A stretch of DNA of 64,000 nt from Tricharina praecox (taxonomy: Eukaryota), in assembly GCF_024521635.1 (NCBI RefSeq), contig NW_026250406.1:1550001-1614000 (forward strand), read 5' to 3'. This document shows positions 25,948-39,143 of the stretch, piece by piece. The notes under the pieces were generated by a model. It did not search any database, was not told the origin of the DNA, and saw only the letters and a program-made list of their open reading frames with translations. A program made the position numbers and the translations under genes. How positions within the stretch are numbered: position 1 is the first letter of the stretch; every line of letters begins with the position of its first letter.

Positions 25948-26481
25948 GAGTATTATCAGCCTAGGCTGGAACGCACCTTACATCGTTTCACCCCACTGTC
26001 CCTTTCTTTCTTTTCCTATCCCTTTGCGCTTCCTATCAACCCTCTTCTCTCTCTACCTTCTTCCCTTGAGGTTGCTGCTCAGTAGTGAAGTATATGACGA
26101 CAACTGGCTTCCGTGGCGAATTTCGGCTTGTGTGGATGACTAGTGGGAAGAACCTGCACATGGCGCGTCACCGAGGGTGATGCCGGCTTTGGTGGACGAC
26201 TGGGGCATGACTGGATGAGTGGGGTAGATAAGAGAGAACCCCACGATATCGTAATATGATCATCAAAAGAGTTTTGCTGGTGATTTGTTTGCATCTCATA
26301 TCTGTCTGATTTGTCTCCAGTCGCACGGTATGATCAGCACAGGCCAGATGAGTGGAATTTATGCCTAAGTCATGAAACATACTGACTTGCTATGCGCACA
26401 ATTAGTGACTAGTCATTAAGATGGAATGACTCGTCACTGAGATAGGTCTCCCCCCCCCTTAACGTCTCGCTGGGTGCCGGG

Positions 26482-26690
26482 ACTGCCCTGCGACAGTCCA
26501 GCGGCCTCGTAGTCCACGCACATAATCTCGCCCTGCCACAGTCCTGCCACCTCGTCTTACCCAGCTGTAGGAGCACCCTGCCACAGTCCTGCGACCTCCC
26601 ACAGCTCTACCGCCTTGTAGTACCCTCTAATCCTCTCGCCCGGCGGCGTGAGCGCCCTGGCACAGTCCTGCGACTTTGTAGTCCACCTCC
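26482..26690. repeat. Imperfect tandem repeat of GCCCTGCCACAGTCCTGCGACCTCGTAGTCCAC, about 4-5 copies
   Basis: Motif visible at about 26486, 26530, 26575 and 26654. Confidence 0.7.
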
Positions 26691-27909
26691 CGACTTCTCG
26701 CTCGGCGGCCTGCTGTCACCTGACTATCCTCTCACAATTTTCGCTCGCGTTTTCGCTCCTTTCTGCTCTCTCTTTTTTTCTCTTTTTCTTTCGCCCTCTT
26801 TCCGCCTCGGTGGGTGCTCTGTTGTGGTGGTGGTGGTGGGGCGGGAGGGGGGGGAGGGGGCGACCAGCGCTGTGTTGCAAAACGGTCGGTTTCAAGAAGC
26901 CGTGTCGCCAAAAGTCAAAGGCCAGAAGCGAAATGTCAAATGTTAAATGTGCAATGCACAACGCAAAACAGGGGACTATTTGCTCAATTTCGACCGCCGT
27001 AGTTTCAAAGCTCAGCTGGATTGTGGAATTAGGGGCAAATCGGTGAGATGACTGTCTTCCACGCAACTGCTCTTCGTTCGACTTCTGGCATACATTGAAA
27101 CATCTTGATCTTCTGTTCTCATACGGGCGTGATATCTAGTGGTTTTGATCTGCAGATCCTACGTGGGAATGAAGCACGGTGCTGTGGGAATGTAGATCGG
27201 TGGGGTGCTATAGAGGATTATTGAAACGAGGCAAGGTGAGTTTGTCACATCCCTAATTTCCGATCCTCTTTCCCCGCAACGTCAAATGTTTTCCCCTTCA
27301 CTGCCTTGCCTACTCGTTTCCGCCTCTTAATGAACACCATCTCTACAACATGAACCATCGTGATAATATCCCAAAGCCTTAGCTGGTGGACATGAGCAAC
27401 AGTATCGCATTAACTAATTCACCATCTACTAGTTCCTCCGCCGTATCGGGATTCGAGTGGAGTTTTCTGCTCCTCATCATCAAGACCACCTCTGTTTTTC
27501 TTGCCCAACTTGTTCCAAATCCTCGATTGTAATCCCTCTCTTCCCTCCCCCAAACAGTTCATCGCTGCCTTCTGTTGTGCTTGGCCGTCGCTTTGTTTGA
27601 TGCTCTTGCAGGCACAAATGGTGTCGTCGTGAGCGCAAAGATCTCGGTTTCTGCATTATATGTTGTACCTCCTCAAGGTGGCCGCAAGCTCCTCGTTGAC
27701 ACACTCTCCGATGTATACATCCTTAGATACCAGGCAACTAATCAATGGACGGAAGTAATGCGAGACCAAATATTTTTTTTGGACCTTGAAAGAAGCTCAA
27801 TAGTAAATTCTCTAACCTACTCGTACTCGCACCGGCATAACGGAACGAAGTAATGCGAAAGACAATAGACGTTTAGCACCTTGACACCCAGCAACGTTTT
27901 CCATCTACC

Positions 27910-28950
27910 CTGGCCTTATCAGACCGTCCCCTATCCTTCTTTCATGCCTTGTTTCCTACGTTCGGTCAGCTATGATCAAAGGAAGAAGACAAGCAACGCG
28001 GAATCATGTCCTACACACCGAGTTTGTAACGACGACGCGAAAACCGGCCGTAATAGCCGTGAGGGCACCTCGGCGCCGGGGCACCGTGGCCCGGGTGGCA
28101 AGCATAGGCCACCCAGTGTGCTCCTTGACCTCTTCGGTTTCCTAGGCTTGGTCAGCCACGGGCAGTGGTACAATGCGAGCAATGCGGAATCATGAGCTAC
28201 TGACCGAGTTAGTCACGAGGAGGCGAAACGCGGCGGTGAAGGCCGCGAGGGTGCGTCGGTGCCGAGGCGCATGTGCCTGCAGTCACACATTACTCGGGCC
28301 TGGCGTCGCAGTACTCGATCCGACAGTCGCAGTACTCGGTGCGGCAGTCGCAGTACTCGGGCCGGGAGTCGCAGGTGCATTGTCGTTATCGTTCGCGGTC
28401 TTCGTCTTCTTTGATTTATTTTCGGAGGCGGCGGCGGTCGACTTGCGATTTTTCTTGGACGCCTCACCGGTAGAGACGGGGGGATGGTCGGCAGGTGCAT
28501 CGTGAAAGAGGCCTGGGAGCTGGGGAAGAGAATTGTGGAGGGGGTATCGTTAGTCATTGGTGTATTGAGTAGCTGCAAGCGAAGACGAATGAAATTGGTG
28601 CAACGCGTCGGGTTTTTATAATTCTCGGATGTTAGATGGGGTAGGTGGGGAGGTAGAGGTGTGGGGAAGTAGAGTAGGAAGGTAGAAATGTGAGGAGGTG
28701 GTGGGGGGGAAAGGAAGGTGCATTATTGTCATCGTTCACGGTCTTCGTCTTCTTCGGTTTGTTGTCGGAGCCGACGGCGGCGATCGGCTTGCGCTTTTTC
28801 TTGGAGAGCTCACCGGTAGAGACGCGGGGAATGACCGGCAGGTTCATCGTGAGCGAGAGTTGGGAGCTGGTGGGAGACGTAGTTGGCCTTTCAGTGGCCG
28901 GCGACAGATGTTGCGGGATGTTGTTCTGAAGCTTGATACATTATAATGAT
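27910..28950 (-). pseudogene. Mosaic family copy with two NLS-like modules and 21-bp repeats
   Basis: VSTGELSKKKRKPIAAVGSDNKPKKTK at 28715-28830 and a paralogue at 28375-28500. Shared 5' module at 28960-29200 and shared 3' module. Confidence 0.55.
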
Positions 28951-29834
28951 GGAGTTAAAGAATGATTATTGAGGGGATTTATCAAAGTGATGTTGTTGGA
29001 GGATGATAGTTGAAGTGGTATGTACGGGTGAAGGATGGAGAGGTAGACGAGAATGAGAGGAAGAAAAGAAACTGCAACCTGGTAGCGCATTGAAAATTGC
29101 AAGTTCTCACAATAACTCTTTGTGGGCAGTGACTGCTATTTCTTTAATGGGCCGTACAATGGCTTCTTTGACCCTAGGGTAATACCACGTGGGCTCGTCG
29201 GCTGCGAACACTCACCGACTGCATTCAATCCAGGCACCATGCTTATCTAGTCAGAGTGTTCCGCTGTGTGCTGCACCTTGCTAACTGTGATCACACCTTG
29301 AGAGCTTCGGTCAGGCATGGACAACTGCGGTGCCGTGGCACTTCTCCTATTCAATGACTGTGTGGTGCCACGTGGCGTTCAGGGCCTAGGCAGTAGAAAC
29401 GGCTCCCCGCACTCATCGCGGTTGTCTTTTTCTGCCGTCACGGATGGTGCCATCTGGTGCACAAAGACAGGCAAGCTCGTCGTCGATCCTGCGGCTCCTC
29501 ATGATGACCGAAAAATCCGGGTCGACGCCCTATGTCTCGAGTACCCGCGCTTCTCGGGGAATTGTCAACTCTCCTACCATGTATGGCGTTGATCCTCGGC
29601 ATCACCCCACTAAATCCGTGTTGACACACTGTACGATGTAGACATACTTGAATAACAAGAAAGTTTTCAGTCGACGGAAGTAATGCTAAACCAAATGTTT
29701 TTCTGGACCTTGAAAGTAGTTCAAGAGTAGATCCGCTAAACTACTCGCACTCGCACCAGCATAACAGAACGAAGTAATGCGAAAGACAATACACCTTTAG
29801 CTCCTTGATACCCAGTAACGCTTTCCATCTACCT

Positions 29835-30675
29835 AAGCCTTATCAGACCGTCCACTATCCTCCTTCTTTCCTTGTTTTCTACCTTCGGTCAGCTATGAGC
29901 AGATGAAAATTACGAGTAACACGGAATCATGAGCTACTCACCGAGTTTGAGATGATGACTGCAAACGTAGAGGCGAATGGTGCTGGGTACCGCTTTCTTG
30001 TGCCGCGAGGGCAGTGCGTCCTTGCATATATTCGTAGCGTGCTCAGGATACCAGTACTCGTTGTACATTTTGGCCACTGCGGCTTAATCGTTCCCCAGAT
30101 CGTCCCTGAGGAAACGCATCACGCACAATTTCTCGTAGGTGTCGCTTTCCCTCAGGGTGATGGTGTTCCGTCTTCGTCCTCATCTTCATCTTCATCTTCA
30201 TCTTCGGACGTGTCCATGGCGTCTCCCTGTTCGTCTTCGGCGACACATGGCGCTTCGTTGTTCTGCTCTTCGGTCGCCGCTGCATACATTAGGACTCGTC
30301 CATGCACCACGGCAGCTTGAAGACTGCACTTACCTGGCTTGTCTATTGAGTTGTCGGTTTGCGCAGCAGTGCAGTATAGTTCCCTGATCCACACCCAGTC
30401 GTCGTCGGTCAAGCAGATGCCGGCGTTGCCACGATCATCTTTAGGTACTTCCTTTTTGTACCTTGAGTACAGGGCGTCTTTGCAGACACCCTTCGGATGA
30501 TTGGGATATCAACACCCGTTATACTTCCGCGCGACTGAACGCCAGTCCTTGCCCAGATCTTCGCTGAGGAAACGCAACACGCACATTTTCTCGTGCGTGT
30601 AGCTTTTCCTTAGGGCGGCCGGGGGTTCGATCGGTGGTGTGTGAGTTGCGGAAGGATGTTTTGAAGCTTGATGCA
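29835..30675 (-). pseudogene. Mosaic family copy with two HTH domains flanking the acidic module
   Basis: HTH-coding DNA at about 30455-30615 and 29990-30160, with DTSEDEDEDEDEDED between. Frameshifts present. Confidence 0.65.
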
Positions 30676-32759
30676 TTATAATGATGGAATAACAGGATGA
30701 CTTGGAGGAGATTCATCAAAATGATGTTCTTGGAGGATAGTTGAAGTAGTATGTACGGGTGATGGAATGAGAGGTAGATGAGAAAGAGAGGAAGAAACCA
30801 AGCTGTAGCCCGCTAGCGCATTGAAGATGGCAAGCGCCCACCACAAGTCCTTGTGGGCAGTGACTGCTATTTCTTGAATGGGCCGCACAATGACTTCTTT
30901 GGCGCTAGCGTAATACCATGTGGGGTCGTTTGCGATCACTCATGAACTGCTATCAATCCAGGCACCGTGCCTATCTAGTCAGAGTGTTCCGCTGTGTGCA
31001 GCACCTGGCTAACGGCGATCACACCTGGCGAGCTTTTGTTCGCCATGGACAACTGTAGTCACATGGCACCGTGCCTACTTAATGACCATGTGGCGCCATG
31101 TGTAGTTCAGGCAGTAGAAACACCTACCCGCACCCATCGGAGGTTTTTTCTTCCTGACCTCCCCTGACGTCAAGGATGATGCGATCTTTTGCAGAGAGAC
31201 GCCCAACCTCGTACTTAATCTTGCCCCTCGTCACGATGGGCGTGGACTCCTCGTCGACACACTATGTCTCGGGTACCCGCACTATTCGGGCATATGCCTA
31301 CTTCCCCAACTTAGTAGGGCCCTGATCCTCGGCATTTCCCCACGTATCTCGATGAAAACCAGACGTCTCTTTCTTGTCTATAGTCTGCACTTACGAACAA
31401 ATCATGCAGGCGTGCGGAATGTGCATCCGTCCCCAGCGTAGCGTAATTGGACAGATTCGTCTTTTAGGGGTCTAGTGTTGAAATTGAGAGAAGAACTTGA
31501 TTTCATTGATGTACTGAAACAAGAAAGAAGAGACAGAAAACTACTTATAAACGGAACTGATCTCGTGTAGACGAGAAGACGGCTGGGCCTCAGACAGAGG
31601 ATGCGACGATACTAGTCGCCGTATACTCGTCGCCGGACTGGGCTGGTGGCGTGAAGGCTTTTACCCAACGAGGCGGATTCGAATGAGAAGCCACAGATAT
31701 TGGCAAGCAGCCGCAAAGGAAATGAGGGTAGTATGCAAAAACTGTGAAAATTAGTAAAGCATAGTGGAAAGTAGCAGTGACTCCGGACTAGACCATAAGG
31801 CGCATAATATCAACATGTAGTTGCGGTAGGTGGTCGAGTAATGGATGATCGGAGCAACGGGAGCGAGCGACCTGCAATCGACCTTGAACCTCCTCCTGGT
31901 GATTGCGAGATTCCCGTCGACACCGCATCTCCGGTGCCCTCGCCATCCGGGCAAATGCCTACATGCCTACCTGAGCAGGGCCTGATCCCGGGCTTCGCCC
32001 CACGTATGGCGTTGATGAAAATGCGGCGTCTCTTTCTTGTGCACAGAGACCTCGTCATCGACCTTGCGACTCCCCACGATGGACTCGAAATCAAAATCCG
32101 CGGCGATCTGTATCCTGTCGTTGACCCACGCGTGTCAATAACGTTGTTGACGGCGATGTTGAGCCTACAATTACATACTCCCTCTTATCAAAATCGGCCC
32201 ATATTGATTCTATAGTCGTGGGTAAGATTCCTCTCCGTCGTATCGAGGAATGTGGGTCTCATGATTGTATTTCGTGGCCGACGGTCCTTGGCAGGGTTCA
32301 GTTTGCTTTCCAGCCGTATCCGATGCAGTCTATGTTCGCGTGGTGGACGAACAAAGATCGATCACATCACGTGGTATTACGCTAGCTCCAAAGAAGCCAT
32401 TGTGCGGACCATTCAAGAAATAGCAGTCACTGCCCACAAAAGCTTGTGGTGGGGGCTTGCAAGCTTCAATACGCTAGCGGGTTGCAGCTTGCTTTCTTCC
32501 TCTCTTTCTCATCTACCTCTCCCTCCTTCACCCAAACATACCACTTCAACTATCATCCTCCAGCAACATCACAATCATGAATCCCCTCCTTCACCGCCGT
32601 CCCAGCCCAACCAGTCGCATCTACGCCTGGTGCGGCTTCAGATCCGATGGACTGAACATTTTCACTGCTCGAGCTCCTGTTCGCGCGAGGAGGAATTCGC
32701 CAGGCGAGCATGACTTTTACACGTTTACACTTGTCAGGAACCCCGGGCAACTGCCCCTC

Positions 32760-33335
32760 AGTTACGCCAGACGGCGCCGACACGTCGGAAGACGAAGCAG
32801 AAGCCAAACCCCCGGTCGCCCAGAGGGAAACGTACACGCACGAGAGATTGTGCATGATACGTTTCCTCAGGGACGATCTGGAGAGCGACTGGCGCTCAGT
32901 CGCCAGGATGTACAACGAGTACTAGTAACCTGATCATGCCATGGGTATCTGCAAGGACGCACTGTGCTCGCAGTACAAGAAAGCGGTACCCACCGCCAAC
33001 CGCCGCTGCGTTTGCAGTCATTAACTCAAACTCGGTGAGTATCACATGATTCCGCATTAGTCGACTTTTTGCTCTGCTGGTGGCTGACCGAACCGAGGAA
33101 ACCGAAGAAGTCAAACAGCACTGTGGGTGGATTGAGGTTACCACCCGTGCCCCGGCGCCCCCGGTGCCCCGGCGCGCTCACTCTTATCACTGCCGCGCTT
33201 GCGGTCATCGTGATCTGAAACTGGGTGAGTAGCTCATGATTCCGCGTTACTCGTCTTTATCATCTGCTCATTGCTGAATGAACCTAGAAAACAAGGAAAG
33301 AGAGGAGGATAGTGAACGGTCTGATAAGGCCTAGG
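32760..33335 (+). pseudogene. Mosaic family copy (acidic module then HTH) with stops in the WYP motif
   Basis: DTSEDEAEAKPPVAQRETYTHERLCMIRFLRDDLESDWRSVARMYNEY**PDH, followed by a duplicated 3' intron module. Confidence 0.65.
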
Positions 33336-34049
33336 TAGATGGAAAAGTTGCTGGGTGTCAAGGTGCTAAACGTCTATTATCTTTCGCATCACGTCCTTCC
33401 ATATATTACTTTCCTGCTACCGAAATCTTCGTTCCGTTATGCCAGTACCAGTGCGAGTAGTTTAAACAATCTATTCTCGACATACATCTATCAAATCGCA
33501 AAAAAAACATTTGCTGTCGTATTACTTCCTTCCATTTTGTCTCGCACCAGACTTTAGTCAGCCGGTTCAAACCCCCAACCATAATTCGCTCCGCCGGGCA
33601 CAGCATTTTCACTTCAGCACCAAAGTCTGAGTTAAGACCTCGCAGACAGGGGGGGTCTCGTCACCCCACCAAAAATATGCGGTGCCGCAGGTGTCCGAGT
33701 GATCGGCGGTGGACAACCTAGATGTGAATTCAGCATCAAGAGTCTAGTTTCGTTAGTATCTGCGTTTCCAGTGTCCAGTGTCCATATAACACACTCTCCT
33801 TTCGATATTATTAATCTATTCACATTTCGCATGAACACAATAGGGTCGCAGTCGGTTCCGGTGAGAATGAAATGCCGCTGTAAATCGGTGAAGGTAAGAA
33901 GGCCTATGTGAAGAATCTACCGACGAAGGAACATGCCACGAGTAACCAACGGTAGTATGTACAAAGGCAGAGAGGCCAGGATAGCGACTCCAGTGGTGAG
34001 GCAGAGAGGCCGTGGGAGCGAACGCAGTCGTGAGGCCCTGGCCCCTAGC

Positions 34050-34525
34050 AGAAACGAACCCTCGGCGTCCACCTACCATGATAGATTAAGATGCATGGAG
34101 TCGCTGGCAATGATATTTGAGTACCAAAGAAACATGCTTCCTTGTCTCTCTCTTGCCGTGGAAGTGGTTGTCAACTAGCGTGAGAAATTCCTCATTACAG
34201 CATGCTGGGTACCGTATACTGGTGATGAGACCCAGGCAACAACGAACCCTCGCCGTTCGCGAACCATGATGGATTAAGATTTGTGGAGTCGCTGACAATG
34301 ATATTTGATTACCTAAGCAGCATGTTTCATCGTCTCTCACTCGCCGCGAATGTGGTTGTCATTTGGCGTGGGAAAATAGTCGCGGATCGAGTAGAGAGGC
34401 CATGGCAGCGAATGCCACCAGTCGTCAGGCCTGGAAGCAACGAACCCTCGCCGTTCACCAAACGTGACGGATTACGATTTATGGAGTGTCTGACAATGAT
34501 ATTTGATTACCAAAGCAGGATGAAG
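34050..34525 (+). repeat. Triplicated ~190-bp unit encoding NEPSPF..DGLRFMESLTMIFDYQS-like peptides
   Basis: AACGAACCCTCG..GATTAAGAT..TGGAGTCGCTGACAATGATATTTGA at about 34053, 34240 and 34439. Confidence 0.75.
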
Positions 34526-35129
34526 CAATGACTAGCGCCGAGATACGAGGTGCCAGTCATTTACGATAGGAATAAGTCTGATGTGAGACAACTGGCCTCC
34601 TACCCCGCATTGCGCTATTTACACTGATAACAAAGAATCCGCGGCGATCTTTATCCTGTCCTTGACCAACGCGTTTTAATGACTTGTTGACCCCGATTTT
34701 GAGCCTACTTCCTCGTATCAGGATTCAGAATCCGGGCCAATATCGATTCTGTAGACTTGGGTGAGATTCGACTACGTTGCATCGGGCAGCGCGGGTCTTG
34801 TGAGTGCGTTTTGTGGCGGAAGGTCCTTAGCAGACCTAGATTCTCAGCTGCATCCGATGCAGTGCATGTTCGCCCAGTGGACGAAGAAAGATCGATTACA
34901 CCACGTGGTATTACGCTAGAGCCAAAGAAGCCATTGTGCGGCCTATTCAAGCAATAGCAGTCACTACCCACAAGCAATCTGCAATGCGCTAGCGGGTTGC
35001 AGTTTGCTTTCTTCCTGTCTTTCTCTTCTACCTCTCCCTCCTTCACCCGAACATACCACTTCAACCATCATCCTCCAACAACATCACTTTGATGAATCAC
35101 CTCCAAAATCTTACTCTAACTCCATCGCG

Positions 35130-36060
35130 ATAAAGGATGCGCCAGGTAAGTGCAGTCTTCCAGCTGCGGCGGTGCATGAGCAACTGTTAATGAATGCCGC
35201 GGCGACCGAAGATCAGAACAAGGGAGTTAAATCTGTCGCTGAAGACGGCGAACAGGGAGACGTCATAGACACGTGCAAGGACGATGTCGAAGCCGATGAC
35301 GCCCAGCAGCAAAGAGAGGCCTCCACCACGTCGGAAGACGAGGAAGCAGTCGAACCCCATGTCGCCGCCCTGAGGGAAACGTACACGCACGAAAAATTGT
35401 GCATGATCCGTTTCCTCAGGGACGACCTGGGGAATGGCTGGCACTCAGTCGCCAGGATGTACAATTGGTACTGGTATCCTGATCACCCTAAGGGTGTCTA
35501 CAAGGACGCCCTGTACTCAAGGTACGAAAAGGAAGTACCTAAAGACGATCGTGGCAATGCCGGAATGTTAGGGGCTGATGACGACTGGGTGTGGGTGAGG
35601 GAACGACACTGGGCCGTTGAACAAGCTGACCACCCAAAGGAGGACGAGTCAGGTAAGTGCAGTCTCCCAGCTGCGGTGGTGCATAGGCGAGTGCTAATGC
35701 ATGCCACGGCGACCGAAGAGCAGAACAACGAAGCGACATGTATCGTCGAAAACGGTAACACCATCAACCAGGGAGACGCCATGGACACGTCCAAAGACGA
35801 TGACGAAGCCGATGACACCCTAGAACAGGGAGACGCCAGCGACACGTCGGAAGATGAAGATGAAGACGAAGAGCCACCCGCGCCCCGGCGCCTAGGCGCC
35901 CTCACTCTTATCACTGCCGCGCTTGCGGTCATCTTGATCTGAAACTGGGTGAGTAGCTCATGATTCCGCGTTACTCGTCTTTTTCATCTGCTCATAGCTG
36001 ACCGAACCCAGAGAACAAGGAAAGAAAGGAGGATAGTGGACGGTCTGATAAGGCCTATGC
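35130..36060 (+). pseudogene. Longest open copy of the mosaic Myb/SANT-like family (acidic-HTH-acidic); the family ATG is mutated
   Basis: Lies in the 312-codon open frame 35004-35942. Has two 66-nt GTAAGT..TAAT..AAG in-frame intron candidates and a last intron GTGAGT..GCTGAC..CAG followed by NKERKEDSGRSDKA. ATAATGCAT of other copies reads ATAAAGGAT here. Confidence 0.65.
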
Positions 36061-36178
36061 TGATTACTCTAACCGGCCCGAGAATCTCATCTTCAATGCC
36101 TCGAAAAACCCGGCTGATGGAGAAAATTGCTGGGTGTCAAGGTGCTAAACGTCTATTGTTTTTCGCATTACTTCCTTC

Positions 36179-36519
36179 TGTCGTTGGGCGGTGTGGAAGT
36201 ATGATCGTACGGACGGGAGGTGGAGCGAGAGAGAAGGAAATAAAAGATTGAATTGACTGATTACTTGGTTGGGAAACAAAAGAGCGGACAATATAGACAG
36301 TTTATATACGACCATAAAACAAGAAAAGCAGTACTATACTGGACGACACCTGTCCTCCCAAAATCCCGAGTTTTTTCCCTCCCTTCGTTGCGCATGACCA
36401 TTGAGCGTACCATTGCGATATCTATTGCGAATGACTATTGCGAATGGTCATTGCGTGTCCTATTTTACTTTTCCCACATTACGTGTCCTGACCTTTGAGT
36501 TCGCCAGGCTGTGACGACG
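36179..36519. mobile_element. Possible solo LTR (~340 bp) inserted in the family 3' module
   Basis: Interrupts the conserved CATTACTTCCTT..ATAGATTACTTTCC sequence. Ends are TGTCGT and ACGACG, with internal ATTGCGAATG repeats. TSD unclear. Confidence 0.4.
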
Positions 36520-36794
36520 TAACTTTCTTCAACTTCCATAGATTACTTTCCTGCTACCGAAATCTTCGTTCCGTTATGCCAGTGCGAGTGCGAGTTTTTC
36601 AAAGAATCTATTATCGAGCTACTATCAAGTCGCAAATAAGCACATTTACTCTCGCATTACTTCCTTCCATTCATGAATTTCCTGTGACCTATGTAAGTAA
36701 TCATGTCTACTGGTATCCGCGCGTCCGAGAAATTACATCCTTCATCCAGCACATCCAGGCCTCCCACCCCGCATTGCGCTATTCACACGTAATT

Positions 36795-37567
36795 AACCTT
36801 GCGGCTCCTCAGGATGACTGCGAACTCCAGGTCGACGCCCTCCGTCTAGAGTACCCGCGCTTTTCGGGGAAATGCCTACTTCCCTACCATGTAGGGCCTT
36901 GTTCCTCGGCATCGCCCGAGAAACTCCTCGTCGACACACTCCATCTCTTACCGCCAACGATAGTGCTGCCCTGTGCACAAAGTCTTGGTAATCGATCTTG
37001 CGCCTCCTCACGATGGCCTCGAAGTCCTTCTTGACACCCTCCGTGTACCCTCAGAAACTCAAGAAACCCGCCTTGGCTGATTTATTCACTGTCTTAAATA
37101 GCGCGGCGTTGCGTTCCGTGTTGCCTGTTTGTCGCTTTGGAAGAACTTCTTGCCGCCAAGGATGGTGCTGCCTTGTGCACAAATACCTCGTAATCGACCT
37201 TGTGCCTCCTGGCGATGACCTCGAAGTTCTCGTCGACATCCTCCGTCTCGAGGCTCGGGTACTCTTGCAATTCGTGGAAAATGCCTACTTCCCTACCTGA
37301 GCAGGGCGCTGATCCTCGGCATCGCTCCACCTACTATCTCCGCGGTTGCACTTCTTCATCTTAGTACCGAGCGACGATCTTGAGGAAGACACACCCACTC
37401 ACCCATATCCATGACCGGCAATCGATCGCATTCATAGAAGAGAGACAATCCAAAGTCTGGACATCGTTATTTGGGCAGATGTTCGACGCGACGCTGGGAG
37501 AGGTCGCAAATACAGAGGAGAGATCGAAGCGAGAGCGCGAGACTCGATTGGCCTCTGTGTCGAACAT
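36795..37567 (-). pseudogene. Degenerate gene with tandem GREVGI/RKVDYEVFV modules
   Basis: GREVGIFHELQEYPSLETEDVDENFEVIARRHKVDYEVFVHKAAPSLAAR at 37110-37330, with further copies at 36795-37045. Confidence 0.55.
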
Positions 37568-38287
37568 GAGCTCAGCGCTCTGGGACTCGAGCCTCCTTGG
37601 CGGCCGCCACGGAGTGACGTCTTTCTTGGAAGCTGACTTACTACCGACGCCTCACTTGAAATATCTATCGTGGGCTCCTACGGGGCACAATCAAAGCGGG
37701 TTGTCAACGGGGGTTTAAATGAATATCAAAAAGAAGAGGCTAGTGACCTGGTATGAAGGGGCGCAGAGCGCGATCTGGCAACGTTTTCACCTTCCCGGGA
37801 AAGCCGAAACGAGGGAAAGGAATAGGCGGTAATTCACGGTGAAGCCGAATCGCAGCCATCACTAGACCAATGGAAGCGGCCATGGATCTGAGGCGGTACA
37901 TCCGCGGTTGAGTCACCATCTAAACGGGAGCCCGGGCGACGATCGAGAGGATGATTCATGACGTCCCTGGCCGCGGCAAGGCGTACGCGATTCAAGCACG
38001 TCAGAGCCGCTACTCAGGAGGCAGTCCGGTGGTTGCCTATCTAACAGGGAGGACGATGTTGTCACAAGTACTGTCCCTGTAGATCTACGATTTCAGGTCG
38101 CATAATGGGAGGCACTCGTGCTGCGCACTTGGGAGATATCCGACCACCTTTTAGACCCGTTCCCCAACGCCATACAGCTTATACCGCCTCAGTATTCAGA
38201 AGCCTAATTGGAAGGAAGACAACAGACAATAGAGCGGATGAATCGTATTGACTATCGACGTACCGCCCACCCAAACCAAGCCCGAGG

Positions 38288-38857
38288 TTATCCGGTAAGC
38301 ACACGAACAACCATCACCAGCATCATGAAAACAGCCAGCACCCTATGAACAGTGCACCATTCAGCTTCCGAAATACTTTTCGAGCGCGCGAAGACTAGAG
38401 AACATACCAGATGAGCCAAGAATCGGGGGATCTCAGCTTGGTACACTGCACATTGCAGGCGGGGTCCGGAATCTTCAACCTACAGGGTGTCAGTTACGTG
38501 GATGTGAACATTTAGTAGAAAGATTCCTTACGCAGCCTGGCCGTTGTGGTCGACGATGGTGGGCTTGTACAGTTGGTGGCCATGGCCTGTGTAAACGGTA
38601 TCGCTGCACTGGAAGACGGTTCCGCCAGAGACCAGGAGGAGGACCATCAGCGCAATGAGGGCGATGAGGATGGTGATGAAGCTGCGCCGGCGACAGGCGG
38701 ATCAGCAACTGTATCAAGCGGGAATGGAGATTAAGGGGTAAGGGAGGGCGTACGTTTTATCCCACTCGTTCGAGGTGGACTTGGGCTTGAGGGTGCGCGC
38801 GGGCTTGGGGGTTCCCAGTTCGGCGGGCTTTTTGTTGAGGCAAATGGTCGACGACAT
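38288..38857 (-). CDS. Small 4-exon membrane protein with two TM helices and a Cys-containing loop
   Basis: Three canonical introns (GTACGC..CAG, GTAAGG..TAG, GTATGT..TAG) splice in frame to MSSTICLNKK..FITILIALIALMVLLLVSGG..DPACNVQCTKL..WLIWVLAVFMMLVMVVRVLTG*. Confidence 0.75.
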
Positions 38858-39036
38858 GGTTGTGGGTCGGATGTATTGTAAATGGGTCGTGTGGGGTGGT
38901 TTGTTGGTGAGGTTGCACGTATGGGAGTCCTCATTGAAGCTGGTTGATGTTGCCCCCGCAACGCTAGGCGGATTTCTGCACAAGACTGCGTGCGAAATAG
39001 TCCATAGCAGCTAATAAGCTGCAGAGTACATCGTTA

Positions 39037-39143
39037 GGCAGGATGGCCGAGTTGGTTATGGCGCCAGGTTAAGGTCACCTTAATACGATCATTCGATTCC
39101 TGGTTCGGGAAACTGAGCGTGGGTTCAAGTCCCACTCCTGTCA
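39037..39143 (+). tRNA. tRNA-Leu(AAG) with intron
   Basis: GGCAGGA/TCCTGTC acceptor stem; anticodon arm CCAGG-TT-AAG-G-[~23-nt intron]-T-CCTGG; long variable arm; GGTTCAAGTCC T-loop; downstream oligo-T. Confidence 0.93.

Noticed and set aside
26404..26460. 14-bp hairpin (AGTGACTAGTCATT..AATGACTCGTCACT) followed by a C run
   Set aside because: Single instance with no matching element end found; cannot be assigned as a Helitron terminus or PPT.
32915..32930. Premature TAG stops as sites of sexual-stage A-to-I editing
   Set aside because: The same copies carry other stops, frameshifts or lost start codons, so mutational decay is the simpler explanation.
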